NCBI RefSeq assembly: GCF_032116555.1
Contig: NZ_CP134949.1
Location: forward strand, 1,302,001-1,366,000
DNA from: Halorarum halobium
GTDB taxonomy: Archaea; Halobacteriota; Halobacteria; Halobacteriales; Haloferacaceae
DNA: 64,000 nt
Direction: 5' to 3'
Every line of letters begins with the position of its first letter. Position 1 is the stretch's first letter. Both the position numbers and the translations under genes were made by a program. The notes under the pieces were generated by a model. The model saw nothing but the letters and a program-made list of their open reading frames with translations. It was not told the DNA's origin and ran no database searches. Of the stretch, positions 50,525-59,783 are shown piece after piece.

Positions 50525-50971
50525 TCACTCGGTGACGACCGTCACGGGAACGGTCGCGTCGAGGATCACCCGCTGGGTGTCGTCGCCGAACAGCGCCTTC
50601 CCCGTCGGCGAGCGTTTGTTCCCGGTCAGGAAGACGTGATCACAGTCGCGTTTGCCAGCCTCGGTGAGGACCGTCTCGGCCCGGTCGCCCACGCTCCCCA
50701 CGGCGTCGTACTCGACGTCGATGCCGTCGAGCACCTCCCGGCCGATGTCGCCCGCGTAGCTTCGGGCACCTTCGACCGCCTGCCCGACGCTGTAGGTCGC
50801 GCTCGTCCCCGCGACTTTCGCCAGCTGCTCGCGCTGTTCGTCGTACTCCTCCTCGTCGGTCACGTGGATGAGCGTCAGGTCGGCACCGACGCCCTCGGCG
50901 AGTTCCCCCGCCTCACGGACGAGCCGCTTTGCCGTCTCCGTCGGGCCGACGACCGCGAGTGCGTGATCCAT
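50525..50971 (-). CDS. Universal stress protein
   Basis: GNKRSPTGKALFGDDTQRVIL..VPVTVV. Confidence 0.92.
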   Translation of the reverse strand: MDHALAVVGPTETAKRLVREAGELAEGVGADLTLIHVTDEEEYDEQREQLAKVAGTSATYSVGQAVEGARSYAGDIGREVLDGIDVEYDAVGSVGDRAETVLTEAGKRDCDHVFLTGNKRSPTGKALFGDDTQRVILDATVPVTVVTE

Positions 50972-51032
50972 GCCCGCCGACTCGGCAGGTCGCCCCAAAA
51001 ATATAGTGGCTGTCCGGCGGTCGCCGGGAGCG

Positions 51033-51458
51033 CTACTCGGTCAGTGGCTCCCGCCCGAGTTGCCCGAGCATGCCGAACACGTCGACGGTCGCCCACCGCT
51101 CGGCGACTCCCGTCCTCGACCCGAACGACGCTGATCACCATGACGTCGATCTGGTTGCCGGTCGGTTCGATTCCCATGAACGGCCCCTCGTGGGTCCCCG
51201 TCGCGCGGCCCCAGATGGAGACCAGGTCGTCCTCCGCGATGTAGCGGTCGACGGCGAGGGTGAGATCGGGGAACGCCTCGTGGTACCCCCGGATGAACTG
51301 CTTGAACTCCGAGAGCGGCTCCTCCCCGTCGCCGGTCGGGTCGTGGTAGCGCTGTGTTCGGTGAGTATCTCGTCCATCGCGTCCGTGTCGCCGTCGTTCC
51401 ACGCGACCTCGACGTCGCGGCGGGCGACCTCCTTCGGGTCGAGTTCGTCGGTCCCCAT
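51033..51458 (-). pseudogene. SnoaL-like ester cyclase with two frameshifts
   Basis: Three pieces: MGTDELDPKEVARR..WNDGD; YHDP..AFPDL..GTHEGPFMGIEPTG..VEDG; VAERWATVDVFGMLGQLG..*. Confidence 0.85.
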
Positions 51459-51520
51459 ACCAGCCATACGATTCGGGACCACGAGGCTGTTGCCCGCACC
51501 CCGGTCCCGCCGTGGCGAAC

Positions 51521-52360
51521 TCAGAGGTCGACGCGGTCCCCGATCTCGACGATCTCCAGGCGTTCCGGGTGCTCGAAGCTCCCCGCGTGCTCGTGGAGCG
51601 CGGTCGGGTCCGCCGTCATCCCCTTCCACATGTCCCAGTGGCTCGGGAGCAGCCGGTCTGCCCCCAGCGCGCTGGCGATCTCGACCGCCTCGTTCTCGTC
51701 GCTGTACCACTTCCTCACGCGCGGTTCGCCCGTCTCCTTGTCCGGAATCCGGCCGACCGAGCCGAACGCGACGACCGCTAGGTCGACGTCGTACGCCTCG
51801 CCGACCGACTCGAACCCGTCGTGGGGCTTCGTGTCGCCGCCGTGGAACAGCGTCCCCGCCTCGTGCTGGATCACGTAGCCGACCGGGTGGCTCGCGTCGC
51901 CGTCGTTCACCTCGACCACGTCGACGTCGAACGTGCCGAACGACACCGAGTCGCCCTCGGCGAGTTCGACGAACTGGTCCTCGGTCACGTCCCAGTGGTC
52001 GGTCCAGGCCTCCGCCTCGCGGGCGACCGCGAGCGAGTCGTCCGGGCCGTACAGCGACGCGCCAGTGCCGGCCAGGATCGGTGCCTGCGAGGGACCGTGG
52101 ACGTGGTCGGTGTGCTCGTGGGTGGCCAGCACTGCGTCGGCTTCGCTCACGTCGGCCGGGTCGAACGGGACGGGAATCATCCGGACCGTCCGCGGCGGGT
52201 CGCCGGTGCCGAGGTAGGGGTCGATCCAGAGCGTCGTCCCGTCGTCCGCCTTCACGGCGAAGCCGTTGCAGCCGAGATACCAGAGCGCGACGCCCTCGGG
52301 TTCGGCGGACTCGACCGCACGCGGGAGCCAGTCGCCCCAGTCGGAGGTGGTGTCTGCCAT
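51521..52360 (-). CDS. Metallo-beta-lactamase fold hydrolase (UlaG-like)
   Basis: WYLGCNGF, THEHTDH, FHGGDT, PSHWDMW. Confidence 0.9.
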   Translation of the reverse strand: MADTTSDWGDWLPRAVESAEPEGVALWYLGCNGFAVKADDGTTLWIDPYLGTGDPPRTVRMIPVPFDPADVSEADAVLATHEHTDHVHGPSQAPILAGTGASLYGPDDSLAVAREAEAWTDHWDVTEDQFVELAEGDSVSFGTFDVDVVEVNDGDASHPVGYVIQHEAGTLFHGGDTKPHDGFESVGEAYDVDLAVVAFGSVGRIPDKETGEPRVRKWYSDENEAVEIASALGADRLLPSHWDMWKGMTADPTALHEHAGSFEHPERLEIVEIGDRVDL

Positions 52361-52537
52361 GGTTTTCACCTGCCGTGCCGGGGACTAAGCGTTGTCCACT
52401 CCGCCCGTTCTCGCCGGCGATGCGCCGCCCCGAAGACGTGTCGTTAATTCCCGGACTCGCACCAATGGACGGCCCACGCCGCGGGTTCCGACCGGAACGC
52501 ACCGACCAGTTTTCCCCTCGCGGGACGACCCCGAAAC

Positions 52538-53305
52538 ATGGACGGTGACCCACGATCAGCGCTCGCCTCGCTGGCCGAGGAGGTCCGCGCGGCCGACCGC
52601 GCCGTCGCGCTGACCGGAGCCGGCGTCAGCGCCGCCTCCGGAATCCCGACGTTCCGAGGCGATGACGGCGTCTGGGGCGACCAGTTCGACCCCGCCGCGT
52701 TTCACGTCGACCGGTCCCGCCGGGACCCGGCCGGCTTCTGGAGCGACCGTCTGGAACTCCACGAGACGATGTACGCCGCGGACCCGGAGCCCAACGACGC
52801 CCATCGCGCGCTCGCACGGCTCGAACGCGAGGGGTCGCTCGACGCGGTGGTGACCCAGAACACCGACGGGCTTCACGCCCGCGCCGGCAGCACGACGGTC
52901 GAACTCCACGGCAACGCCCGGCGGGTCGTCTGCACGGGCTGTGGGGAGACAGTCGACGCCGCGCCGGTCCGCGAACGCACTCGGTCGGGGGAACTGCCGC
53001 CGCGCTGTGGCGCCTGCGACGGCCCGCTGAAACCCGACGTCGTGCTGTTCGGCGAACGGCTGCCCCCGGCGGCGTTCGCCGAGGCCCGGGAGTTCGCCCG
53101 CGAGGCGGACGTCGTCCTCGCCGTGGGCTCCTCGCTGACGGTCGAACCGGCCGCCTCGCTGGCGACGGCCGGCGACGGCACGCTCGCGGTCGTCAACTTC
53201 GACCCGACGCCGTACGACGACCGCGCCGAGTACGTCTTCCGCGAGGATCTGACCGACGTGCTCCCGGAACTCCTCGCGCGGGTCGGCACGGCCGAGGACG
53301 GGTGA
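52538..53305 (+). CDS. cobB: Sir2-family NAD-dependent deacylase
   Basis: TGAGVSAASGIPTFRG, TQNTDGLH, ELHG, two CxxC motifs, KPDVVLFGE, GSSL. Confidence 0.94.
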   Translation: MDGDPRSALASLAEEVRAADRAVALTGAGVSAASGIPTFRGDDGVWGDQFDPAAFHVDRSRRDPAGFWSDRLELHETMYAADPEPNDAHRALARLEREGSLDAVVTQNTDGLHARAGSTTVELHGNARRVVCTGCGETVDAAPVRERTRSGELPPRCGACDGPLKPDVVLFGERLPPAAFAEAREFAREADVVLAVGSSLTVEPAASLATAGDGTLAVVNFDPTPYDDRAEYVFREDLTDVLPELLARVGTAEDG

Positions 53306-53407
53306 GTCGGTGACGGGTCCGTCGAGAACGGTGACCCGGCGCCAGTTTCGGAGTGAACGGCCGGGGCAGGGACGGGTACGCGGAGAACGGGTCCGTCGCG
53401 GCTCCGT

Positions 53408-53971
53408 TCACCCGCGCCAGGAGACGTAGAGGGACTTCCCGACCATCCCGGTGCCGAACATCGTCGCGACGGTCGTGATGAGGTTCCCGAGGATCGGGAT
53501 CGCGGCCAGCAGGCCGAGTACGACGGCGCCGACGAGCGCCGCCTTCCCCGACACTTCGCCACGCTCGCCGCCGAGCACGGCTCCGAGGGTGACGACGGTC
53601 ACCGCGGTGCCGACGATGCCGATCGGGATGAGCAGCAGGATTCCGGGGATCGTCACGACGAGGCCGATGATCGTGAACGCGAGCAGGACGAGCACGATCG
53701 GGACGAGGATCGTCATCACCAGCCCCCAGCCGAAGGCCGCGATCGGGTCCTCGCGGATCTCGGTGCTCAGTTCGGTGGCGTACTGCGGGCCGAGCGCGAC
53801 GAGCGCGCCGCCGAGCAGGAGGTAGACGACGAGGCTGACGACGAGTCGGAGTCCGATCCTGGTTCCGAGTCCGAGCGCCGCGTCGCCCGGCGACTGTGCG
53901 CTGACCGTTCCGACGAGCGCGAGCGCCGCGACCGCGGCGCTCGCGCGAACGAGCGTTCGTGCGGAGGGCAT
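53408..53971 (-). CDS. Membrane protein, hypothetical
   Basis: Signal-like N-terminus plus several TM helices. Confidence 0.75.
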   Translation of the reverse strand: MPSARTLVRASAAVAALALVGTVSAQSPGDAALGLGTRIGLRLVVSLVVYLLLGGALVALGPQYATELSTEIREDPIAAFGWGLVMTILVPIVLVLLAFTIIGLVVTIPGILLLIPIGIVGTAVTVVTLGAVLGGERGEVSGKAALVGAVVLGLLAAIPILGNLITTVATMFGTGMVGKSLYVSWRG

Positions 53972-54052
53972 CGCCGGAAGGACCTCGCGCGATGCTAAAT
54001 TCTTTGGGATATCGACGTCCGGGGACCGTCGCCGGTCACCGATCCGTCGGGC

Positions 54053-55090
54053 TCACCAGGTTCCGTGGAACGTGTCGAACTCGAGGTCCTCGAGCGGCTT
54101 GTTGCCGACGGCGATCTCGTACTCGCCGGGCGTGAGCATCGGCTTGTGGAACCTAGGGCCGTCGTCGGTCGTGATGCGCGGACAGCCGGTGTTGACGAAC
54201 GCGTCGAAATCGAAGTTGCGGAGGCGGTCGGGCGTCACCTCGTCCATCGTGATGAGGTGGGCGTTCTCGTTCTCCTCGACGATCCCCTCGGCGGTGTCGA
54301 ACCGGCCCTGGCCGATCTTCGTACAGAGGATGACGCCGAACGTGTCGGCGTCCATCGCGCGGTGGACCGCGCCGTAGCGCTGTTTGAGGAACTTCTCGGT
54401 GTCCGCGACGGTGACGACGTTGTTGACGGGGTCGGCGATGACGACCGTCTTCTCGGGGTGTTCCATCGCGAGGCCGAGCGGGTGGAACTTCCCGCCGCCG
54501 ACGTACAGCACCTGGTCGGCGTCGATGTCGGCGGAGGCGTAGTTGCAGCCGAGCACCTGCCCCTCGTGGGTGAGTCGGTCGTCGCCCCGGCGGGTGTGGA
54601 CCTCGAAGCCGCGCTCCTCCAGCCAGTCGTACATCTCCTCGAACAGGTTCATGTGCTGGGCGGTGGTGACGAGGCCGACGTCGGGGTCCTCGGCGGGGTC
54701 CGCGAGTTCCTCCAGCGACTCGTCCATGATGGGGAACGGGTCGACGTTCGAGAACAGGGGGACGTAGATGATCTTGTCCGACTGCTTCATCGGCGAGTGG
54801 CCGAAGTGGACGAACACGTCACACCGGCGCATCAGGTACGTGTCGAGGTCGCAGGCGCCGTAGCACGGCTGGCCCGAGATGAGATAGCGGACGCCCTCGG
54901 TGAGTTCGCGGAGGTCGTCGGCGACCGCGGGCGCGCGCCGCTTCAGCCCCTCCGGGAACTGGAGGCCGACCTTCTCGGCGTCGCGCTCCTCGACCGCCTC
55001 CACGATGCGGTCGAGTTCGTAGTCCCACTCGCGGTCGTGCTTGAGGGACATCCCGGTGTTCGTGAGGTCGCCCTCGCGTCGCTGGCTCAT
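54053..55090 (-). CDS. dph2: Diphthamide biosynthesis protein Dph2
   Basis: LQFPEGLK, CYGACD, VHFGHS, GQVLGCN, KIGQGR, TGCPRI (three Fe-S Cys). Confidence 0.96.
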   Translation of the reverse strand: MSQRREGDLTNTGMSLKHDREWDYELDRIVEAVEERDAEKVGLQFPEGLKRRAPAVADDLRELTEGVRYLISGQPCYGACDLDTYLMRRCDVFVHFGHSPMKQSDKIIYVPLFSNVDPFPIMDESLEELADPAEDPDVGLVTTAQHMNLFEEMYDWLEERGFEVHTRRGDDRLTHEGQVLGCNYASADIDADQVLYVGGGKFHPLGLAMEHPEKTVVIADPVNNVVTVADTEKFLKQRYGAVHRAMDADTFGVILCTKIGQGRFDTAEGIVEENENAHLITMDEVTPDRLRNFDFDAFVNTGCPRITTDDGPRFHKPMLTPGEYEIAVGNKPLEDLEFDTFHGTW

Positions 55091-55352
55091 TGACGCGGCG
55101 TAGCGGGCGTAGGTGGTTAAACGACCCGCTTGAGCCGTGGCTGGTGGGTCGGTGACACGACCCCGTGTCCGCGAGTCACTCTCTCCCACACCCCGATAAC
55201 GCCTTACTCCCTGCCGCCACAATAGGTGTCCCGTCGGTGACGGGAGAATCGGGGCGAGAGTGTCCGAGCGGGACAGAAATCGGGGTTTCAGACGTACCCT
55301 GTCTTCGTATGCAATAAACAGTATATCGGCTCTCCCGCCCGTTCTCCACCAG

Positions 55353-55550
55353 TTACCGCCCCTTCTTGTTCCCCGATTCCTCGTGTACGACGTAAGCGAG
55401 ATACTGGGCCACGTTGTCGTCCGGCCCTTCGGCTTCGATGTCGTCCCGGTTCATGCGAGACGCACGACGGCTCCGTTCTGCGAGACGAACGAGGGCGTCA
55501 TGCTTGCTACGGACACCGTCGTCGTCCACCCGGATTGTGTATTCTTTCAT
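55353..55550 (-). CDS. Small RHH-like hypothetical protein
   Basis: 65 aa; ATGA overlap with the upstream ORF; YTIRVDD strand and AQYLAYVV helix. Confidence 0.6.
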   Translation of the reverse strand: MKEYTIRVDDDGVRSKHDALVRLAERSRRASRMNRDDIEAEGPDDNVAQYLAYVVHEESGNKKGR

Positions 55551-55750
55551 TCGTCCATCAGCCCGGCGTCGGCCAAGTCGTCCCGTACCAGTTCCTTCAT
55601 GTACTGCGCAGCGTCGGCGTCCTCGACTTCCGCAGCGAGTTCGTTCCGGCCAGCGTTACGGAGTTGGCGGGCACGCTTGGACTGCAACTGTTCGATACGA
55701 CGACGAACAACCTGCTCGTACTCGTCGGACACTTCCAGCGTCACCTTCAT
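55547..55750 (-). CDS. Small RHH-like hypothetical protein
   Basis: 67 aa; ATGA overlaps at both ends; VTLEVSDE strand and AQYMKELV helix. Confidence 0.65.
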   Translation of the reverse strand: MKVTLEVSDEYEQVVRRRIEQLQSKRARQLRNAGRNELAAEVEDADAAQYMKELVRDDLADAGLMDE

Positions 55751-55905
55751 TCGTCGTCACCTCGCGCTTGCTGTACGGCGTGACGGACGGCGTGGCGCAG
55801 TCCGACGTGTTCGGTGTCGAAAACGTCGTTTCGGTACTCTCGAATCAGTTCTTTATCCGACCCGGTTAGCCACAGACTCGTGGCTTCGTCAGTTGCTTTG
55901 CTCAT
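55747..55905 (-). CDS. Small RHH-like hypothetical protein
   Basis: 52 aa from MSKATDEATSLWLTGSDKELI..LRHAVRHAV; ATGA overlap with the next ORF. Confidence 0.55.
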   Translation of the reverse strand: MSKATDEATSLWLTGSDKELIREYRNDVFDTEHVGLRHAVRHAVQQARGDDE

Positions 55906-56421
55906 TGCGACGATTGCGACGGAAAGGGCCGTTGCCCGGTGTCTCGGACTACCCCGGCCATATTGAGTCGAACAGCCTGTATGCTGCTGCACTCAGCGGA
56001 TCTCACACACACGCATAGAGGGGCATGACGGCCCGTATGCGAGAGGGAACACTGGCAGCCGACAATTATTACTTTCAGTTATACCTTGTAACTCAAACTA
56101 CTTAAACCTTTCGGCAGTATGTACGTACCGATGGGAGAGATTCTGGTTCCATTCTGAGGCAGATTTCTGGCGGTAAGTCCGCCGGGGTGGGTAAGACCGA
56201 AGTGTTCTCTTATTTAAGAAAACTGTCTTAACTATCTAAAGTTCGAACTGACAGAAGAGCTATGTTAGTGTATGAACCTAACGCGAGAAGCATACGTTCG
56301 CCCCGGCGATGAATCAGTCACTCAATAATACACTCAACACCAGACTCGGATTACGGAGTGGCCCACCGACGACGACACCGATTTGTAGCCGACAATCCGG
56401 GGTATCGTCCCGAAATCTACC

Positions 56422-57456
56422 CTACACCCGGATAAGCCCGAACATCCCGATAGTCTCGCCGACAACCCACCCGACGAAAATGAGATAGGCGACGAGTAGA
56501 CTGTATGATTCTACATCGGTGAGAGTCAAATCCGTTCGCAGCATGGTGAATAGGAGGATTGTAGCGACGGTTAGAACTCCCATCATCGGTGCTGCAACCG
56601 TAAATGATACGGGAGCACTCCCGGCGATGAGCACACCCACAGGAATGGCAACCAGCAAGTCGAAGGTGTTACTACCGAGCACGTTTCCGAGACTCGTCAC
56701 ACTCTTACCACCTCTTGCAGCCCGGACACTGACGAGTGCGTCCGGCAGGCTGGTGGCTGCTGCTATGATAGTCACGCCGGCCAGAAACTCAGGGATACCG
56801 AACGTGGCGTTTAGCCCTTCGACAGCACCGACAAGCGACTCGACAGCGACGAGAATCACGAGCAACCCGACGGCCAACCGTCCCCATTCACGGAGCACGT
56901 TCACGTCACCACCGGCATCGTCGCTTTCGTGATCCCCCACATCTTGCCACTGGATGAACAGATACAGTCCGTAGAGGAGCAACGGAATCAGTGCGAGCGG
57001 GCGGGTTACATTCCCCTCAAGTGCTGCCCCACCATCCACAGGGAAGTAGATAATTGCAAAGGCGAAGGTAATAACCAGTGCAGATACAGCAAGCATGTAA
57101 AATTGCGCTTCTTTATACACAATCGTTCGGCTTACGTCGAGCGGTTCATGGGTTGCTATTCCAGAGAGGGCCGGAATGACAAGAATATTGAATATTGCCG
57201 AACCGACGACAGCACCCACCCCCATCCCGAATGAGTCCCCGAGTGCGGTAATGACGACGGAGGCCAGTTCGGGGAAACTTGATCCGACAGCAACGACGAC
57301 AGAACCCTGCACTACCGCAGGCAACCCGTAGTATGCCGAGAGATGTTCTGCCGAACTCTCCAACCACCCGCTGCCTAACCATATCAGGCCGGTAGTGACA
57401 GCGATGACAGCCACATGCACAAGAGTCGAGTCGGGCAGGAATCCGCCAAGCACCAT
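56422..57456 (-). CDS. Na+/Ca2+ (CaCA family) antiporter, lower-GC copy
   Basis: Alpha-1 repeat VGSSFPEL..VGSAIFN and alpha-2 repeat ATSLPD..GNVLGSNTFD; GGAGGTG Shine-Dalgarno-like motif upstream. Confidence 0.93.
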   Translation of the reverse strand: MVLGGFLPDSTLVHVAVIAVTTGLIWLGSGWLESSAEHLSAYYGLPAVVQGSVVVAVGSSFPELASVVITALGDSFGMGVGAVVGSAIFNILVIPALSGIATHEPLDVSRTIVYKEAQFYMLAVSALVITFAFAIIYFPVDGGAALEGNVTRPLALIPLLLYGLYLFIQWQDVGDHESDDAGGDVNVLREWGRLAVGLLVILVAVESLVGAVEGLNATFGIPEFLAGVTIIAAATSLPDALVSVRAARGGKSVTSLGNVLGSNTFDLLVAIPVGVLIAGSAPVSFTVAAPMMGVLTVATILLFTMLRTDLTLTDVESYSLLVAYLIFVGWVVGETIGMFGLIRV

Positions 57457-57846
57457 CTACCGAGCACCTCCGACGCCCGAATTGTTATCAATTGATAACT
57501 GCCATGAGTAGAACTGGGCCTCCTTGTACACCACGTCGCGGTCGGCGGTCAGCCCCTCCCCCCGGATCGCGCTCCAGGCTGGGATGATGAGGATGTTGAA
57601 CACGGCCGAGCCGACGATGGCGCTGACCCCGAGATCGAAGTTCCCGTGCACCAGCACGGCGATGACCGAACTCGATAGCTCCGGGAACGACGACCCGACG
57701 GCGGCGATGACGGCGCCCTGGACGACCGGCGGGAAGCCGTAGTGTGCGCCGAGTCGTTCGCTTGCGGACTCCAGACGTCCCCCGGCGAGCCACACCGTGA
57801 CCGTGCCGCCGACCGCGAGCGCGAGGGGAACGAGTAGGGAGATCAT
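57457..57846 (-). pseudogene. 3'-truncated native Na+/Ca2+ antiporter
   Basis: High-GC codons; MISLLVP..VGSSFPEL..VGSAVFN..YKEAQFY, then similarity ends at about 57507; the alpha-2 half is missing. Confidence 0.85.
57484..57499. promoter_or_regulatory. Perfect 16-bp palindrome upstream of the antiporter
   Basis: GTTATCAATTGATAAC, about 30-45 nt upstream of the ATG and close to the insert junction. Confidence 0.6.
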
Positions 57847-58016
57847 ACCGGGGGCACCGGCCCCGAACGGGTAAAGCCGGTCGATTTCCCGCGGTTGCCG
57901 TCGGAACGTGAAGCCCGACTGCCCACGCGAGCACCAGGGGTTCACGGGAGCACCAGCGACTGTACCGCGGGGGAGACCGACGGCCGACCGAGCGAGGAAG
58001 GCCCTCGATGGAGGTG

Positions 58017-58643
58017 CTATGCGATGTCGCGGCTCGTGTCGATGGTGACCGACTCCTCAAGCTTCAGCTTGATCGTCTCGTCGAGCGCGCGTCCGCCACG
58101 GAACTTGGGCACCGCGAGCTGGTTCACCACGTCCGTCCCGCGGACCGTCGTGCGGAGGTCCCAGACGACGTCCGCGACGTGCTCGGTCACGGCCCTGTTC
58201 TCGGGGGTGTCCTCGCTCTTCATGCAGTGGAGGAACGCGACGCTGTTCGTGTTGACCATCGTCGTCTGCAACTCGTTGAGGAAGCGCCGGTAGCGCCCCC
58301 CGTCCAGCCGTTCGAGCGGGTCGAGCACGTCGATGACGAGGTTCGCTCCCTCCGGGAGCGTCCCGACGAGCCGGTTGGCCGCGTCCAGCGGCGCGTCCCC
58401 GTCGATCTCCCGGACCGTGGGGTTGCCGACGCGGGTACCCGTCGCGTCGAAGGCGTCCGTGACGGCGGTCTGGGAACGAAGGGTCGAGAGGTACAGCGTC
58501 CCGCGGGCGGCCGTCAGTTCGTACAACAGCAGCTCCGACTGGCTCGCGGGGTCGGCCGCGAACTGGACGACGCTCCCCGCGGGGAGTCCGCCGTCGAACC
58601 GGCGGTCGAGCACGTCGACGCCGGTCGGGAGCCGGTCGGTCAT
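58017..58643 (-). CDS. RAD55/KaiC-like protein with a degenerate Walker A
   Basis: LPTGVDVLDRRFDGGLPAGS, then ADPASQSE in the P-loop position; HVADVVW, VPKFRG. Confidence 0.85.
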   Translation of the reverse strand: MTDRLPTGVDVLDRRFDGGLPAGSVVQFAADPASQSELLLYELTAARGTLYLSTLRSQTAVTDAFDATGTRVGNPTVREIDGDAPLDAANRLVGTLPEGANLVIDVLDPLERLDGGRYRRFLNELQTTMVNTNSVAFLHCMKSEDTPENRAVTEHVADVVWDLRTTVRGTDVVNQLAVPKFRGGRALDETIKLKLEESVTIDTSRDIA

Positions 58644-58678
58644 GCCCCAGCCCATCCACCGGGCCCAATTAACGGTTG

Positions 58679-59299
58679 TCACCCGACTCTCCGCGTTGAT
58701 AGCGCCGGCAGTTCCGCCGCGGCCGACTCGTAGGCGGACCGAACGCGGGCGGTCGAGAGCACCTCGGGGTCGACCGCCGGGATTCTGGCGAGCACCGGAC
58801 AGTCGAGCACGTCGTCGATGCCGGGTGGAACCGCGTGGGCACGGGTGAGCACGGCGCCGACGACCGGCGTCCCGACCCGTCGGGCCATCGCGGTCGCCTT
58901 CGCGGCGTCGCGCACCGCGGGCGCACACGGGGTGACCGCGAGTATCGCGGCGTCGGCGACCCGGAGCGGCGCGACCGCGTCGGGGCCGGCACCGGCCGGA
59001 CAGTCCACGAGCGCGAGCCGATCCAGCGAACCGACCGCGTGGAGCACGGCGTCGACTTCCCGGTCCTCGCGGTCGGCCGGCGCGGGGAGGACGCGCGTCC
59101 CGTCGGCGGCGGCTGCCTCGGCCGCCGCCCGCTGGACGGAGTCACCTTGCCACGCGCTGGAGACGCCCGCGAGCGCGTGGAGGTCCGGGAGGTCCCAGTC
59201 GGCGTCGACCGCGAGGGTCGGGGCGTCGATGGCGCGGGCCAGCCCGAGCGTCGTCGTAGTCTTGCCGGAGCCGCCCTTGCCGCCCGTGACTGCGAGCAT
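58679..59299 (-). CDS. Short MinD/ParA-family ATPase
   Basis: Deviant Walker A GGKGGSGKTT, DADWDLPDL, VDCPAG. Confidence 0.85.
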   Translation of the reverse strand: MLAVTGGKGGSGKTTTTLGLARAIDAPTLAVDADWDLPDLHALAGVSSAWQGDSVQRAAAEAAAADGTRVLPAPADREDREVDAVLHAVGSLDRLALVDCPAGAGPDAVAPLRVADAAILAVTPCAPAVRDAAKATAMARRVGTPVVGAVLTRAHAVPPGIDDVLDCPVLARIPAVDPEVLSTARVRSAYESAAAELPALSTRRVG

Positions 59300-59381
59300 G
59301 GGCGGTCTGGTCGCGTCCTCGGGTTTGAACCTTCACCCGGCCCGAACGACGCCGTCGACCTGGTCCGGGAAAATCAGTTCC

Positions 59382-59783
59382 TCAGTCCTGACAGCAGCCG
59401 CCGGCCTCGCCGCCGAAGTCGACCGCGAGCGGCTCCGAGACGGCCTCGTTCAGCGTTTCGAGCCGGTCCTGGAGTTCGTCCTGCGCCTCGACGTACTCGG
59501 CCATCACGGGCAGCGAGTGGAGGTCCGCCTGGGCCTCCCGAACCTTCTCCAGGCTCTCCTCGTCGGCGTTGCCCATCTGGCGCGCGAAGGCGAACTCCTG
59601 GCGGAGCTGTTCGAACTCGGAGATACGTTCCTGGGCCTCCTCGTCGTCCTCGACGGCCGCCTTCGCCTCGGCGAACCGGCGGTAGGCGGGCAGGTCGGCG
59701 ATCGCCTCGCCGAGCCGGCCCGCGAGCGCGTCCACGTCCTCGCCCGTCGTCGCGTCGGCGTCGACCTCCGTCTCGATGCTCAT
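59382..59783 (-). CDS. YlbF/YmcA-family regulator
   Basis: Helical acidic protein (LGEAIADLPAY..) ending GGCCQD. Confidence 0.82.
   Translation of the reverse strand: MSIETEVDADATTGEDVDALAGRLGEAIADLPAYRRFAEAKAAVEDDEEAQERISEFEQLRQEFAFARQMGNADEESLEKVREAQADLHSLPVMAEYVEAQDELQDRLETLNEAVSEPLAVDFGGEAGGCCQD

Larger units (their letters stand above)
55130..57505. mobile_element. Lower-GC horizontally acquired segment (remnant)
   Basis: Visible increase in A/T content and A/T-ending codons; tiny overlapping ORFs; the right edge truncates a native gene. No integrase or transposase inside; the left boundary is approximate. Confidence 0.65.
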
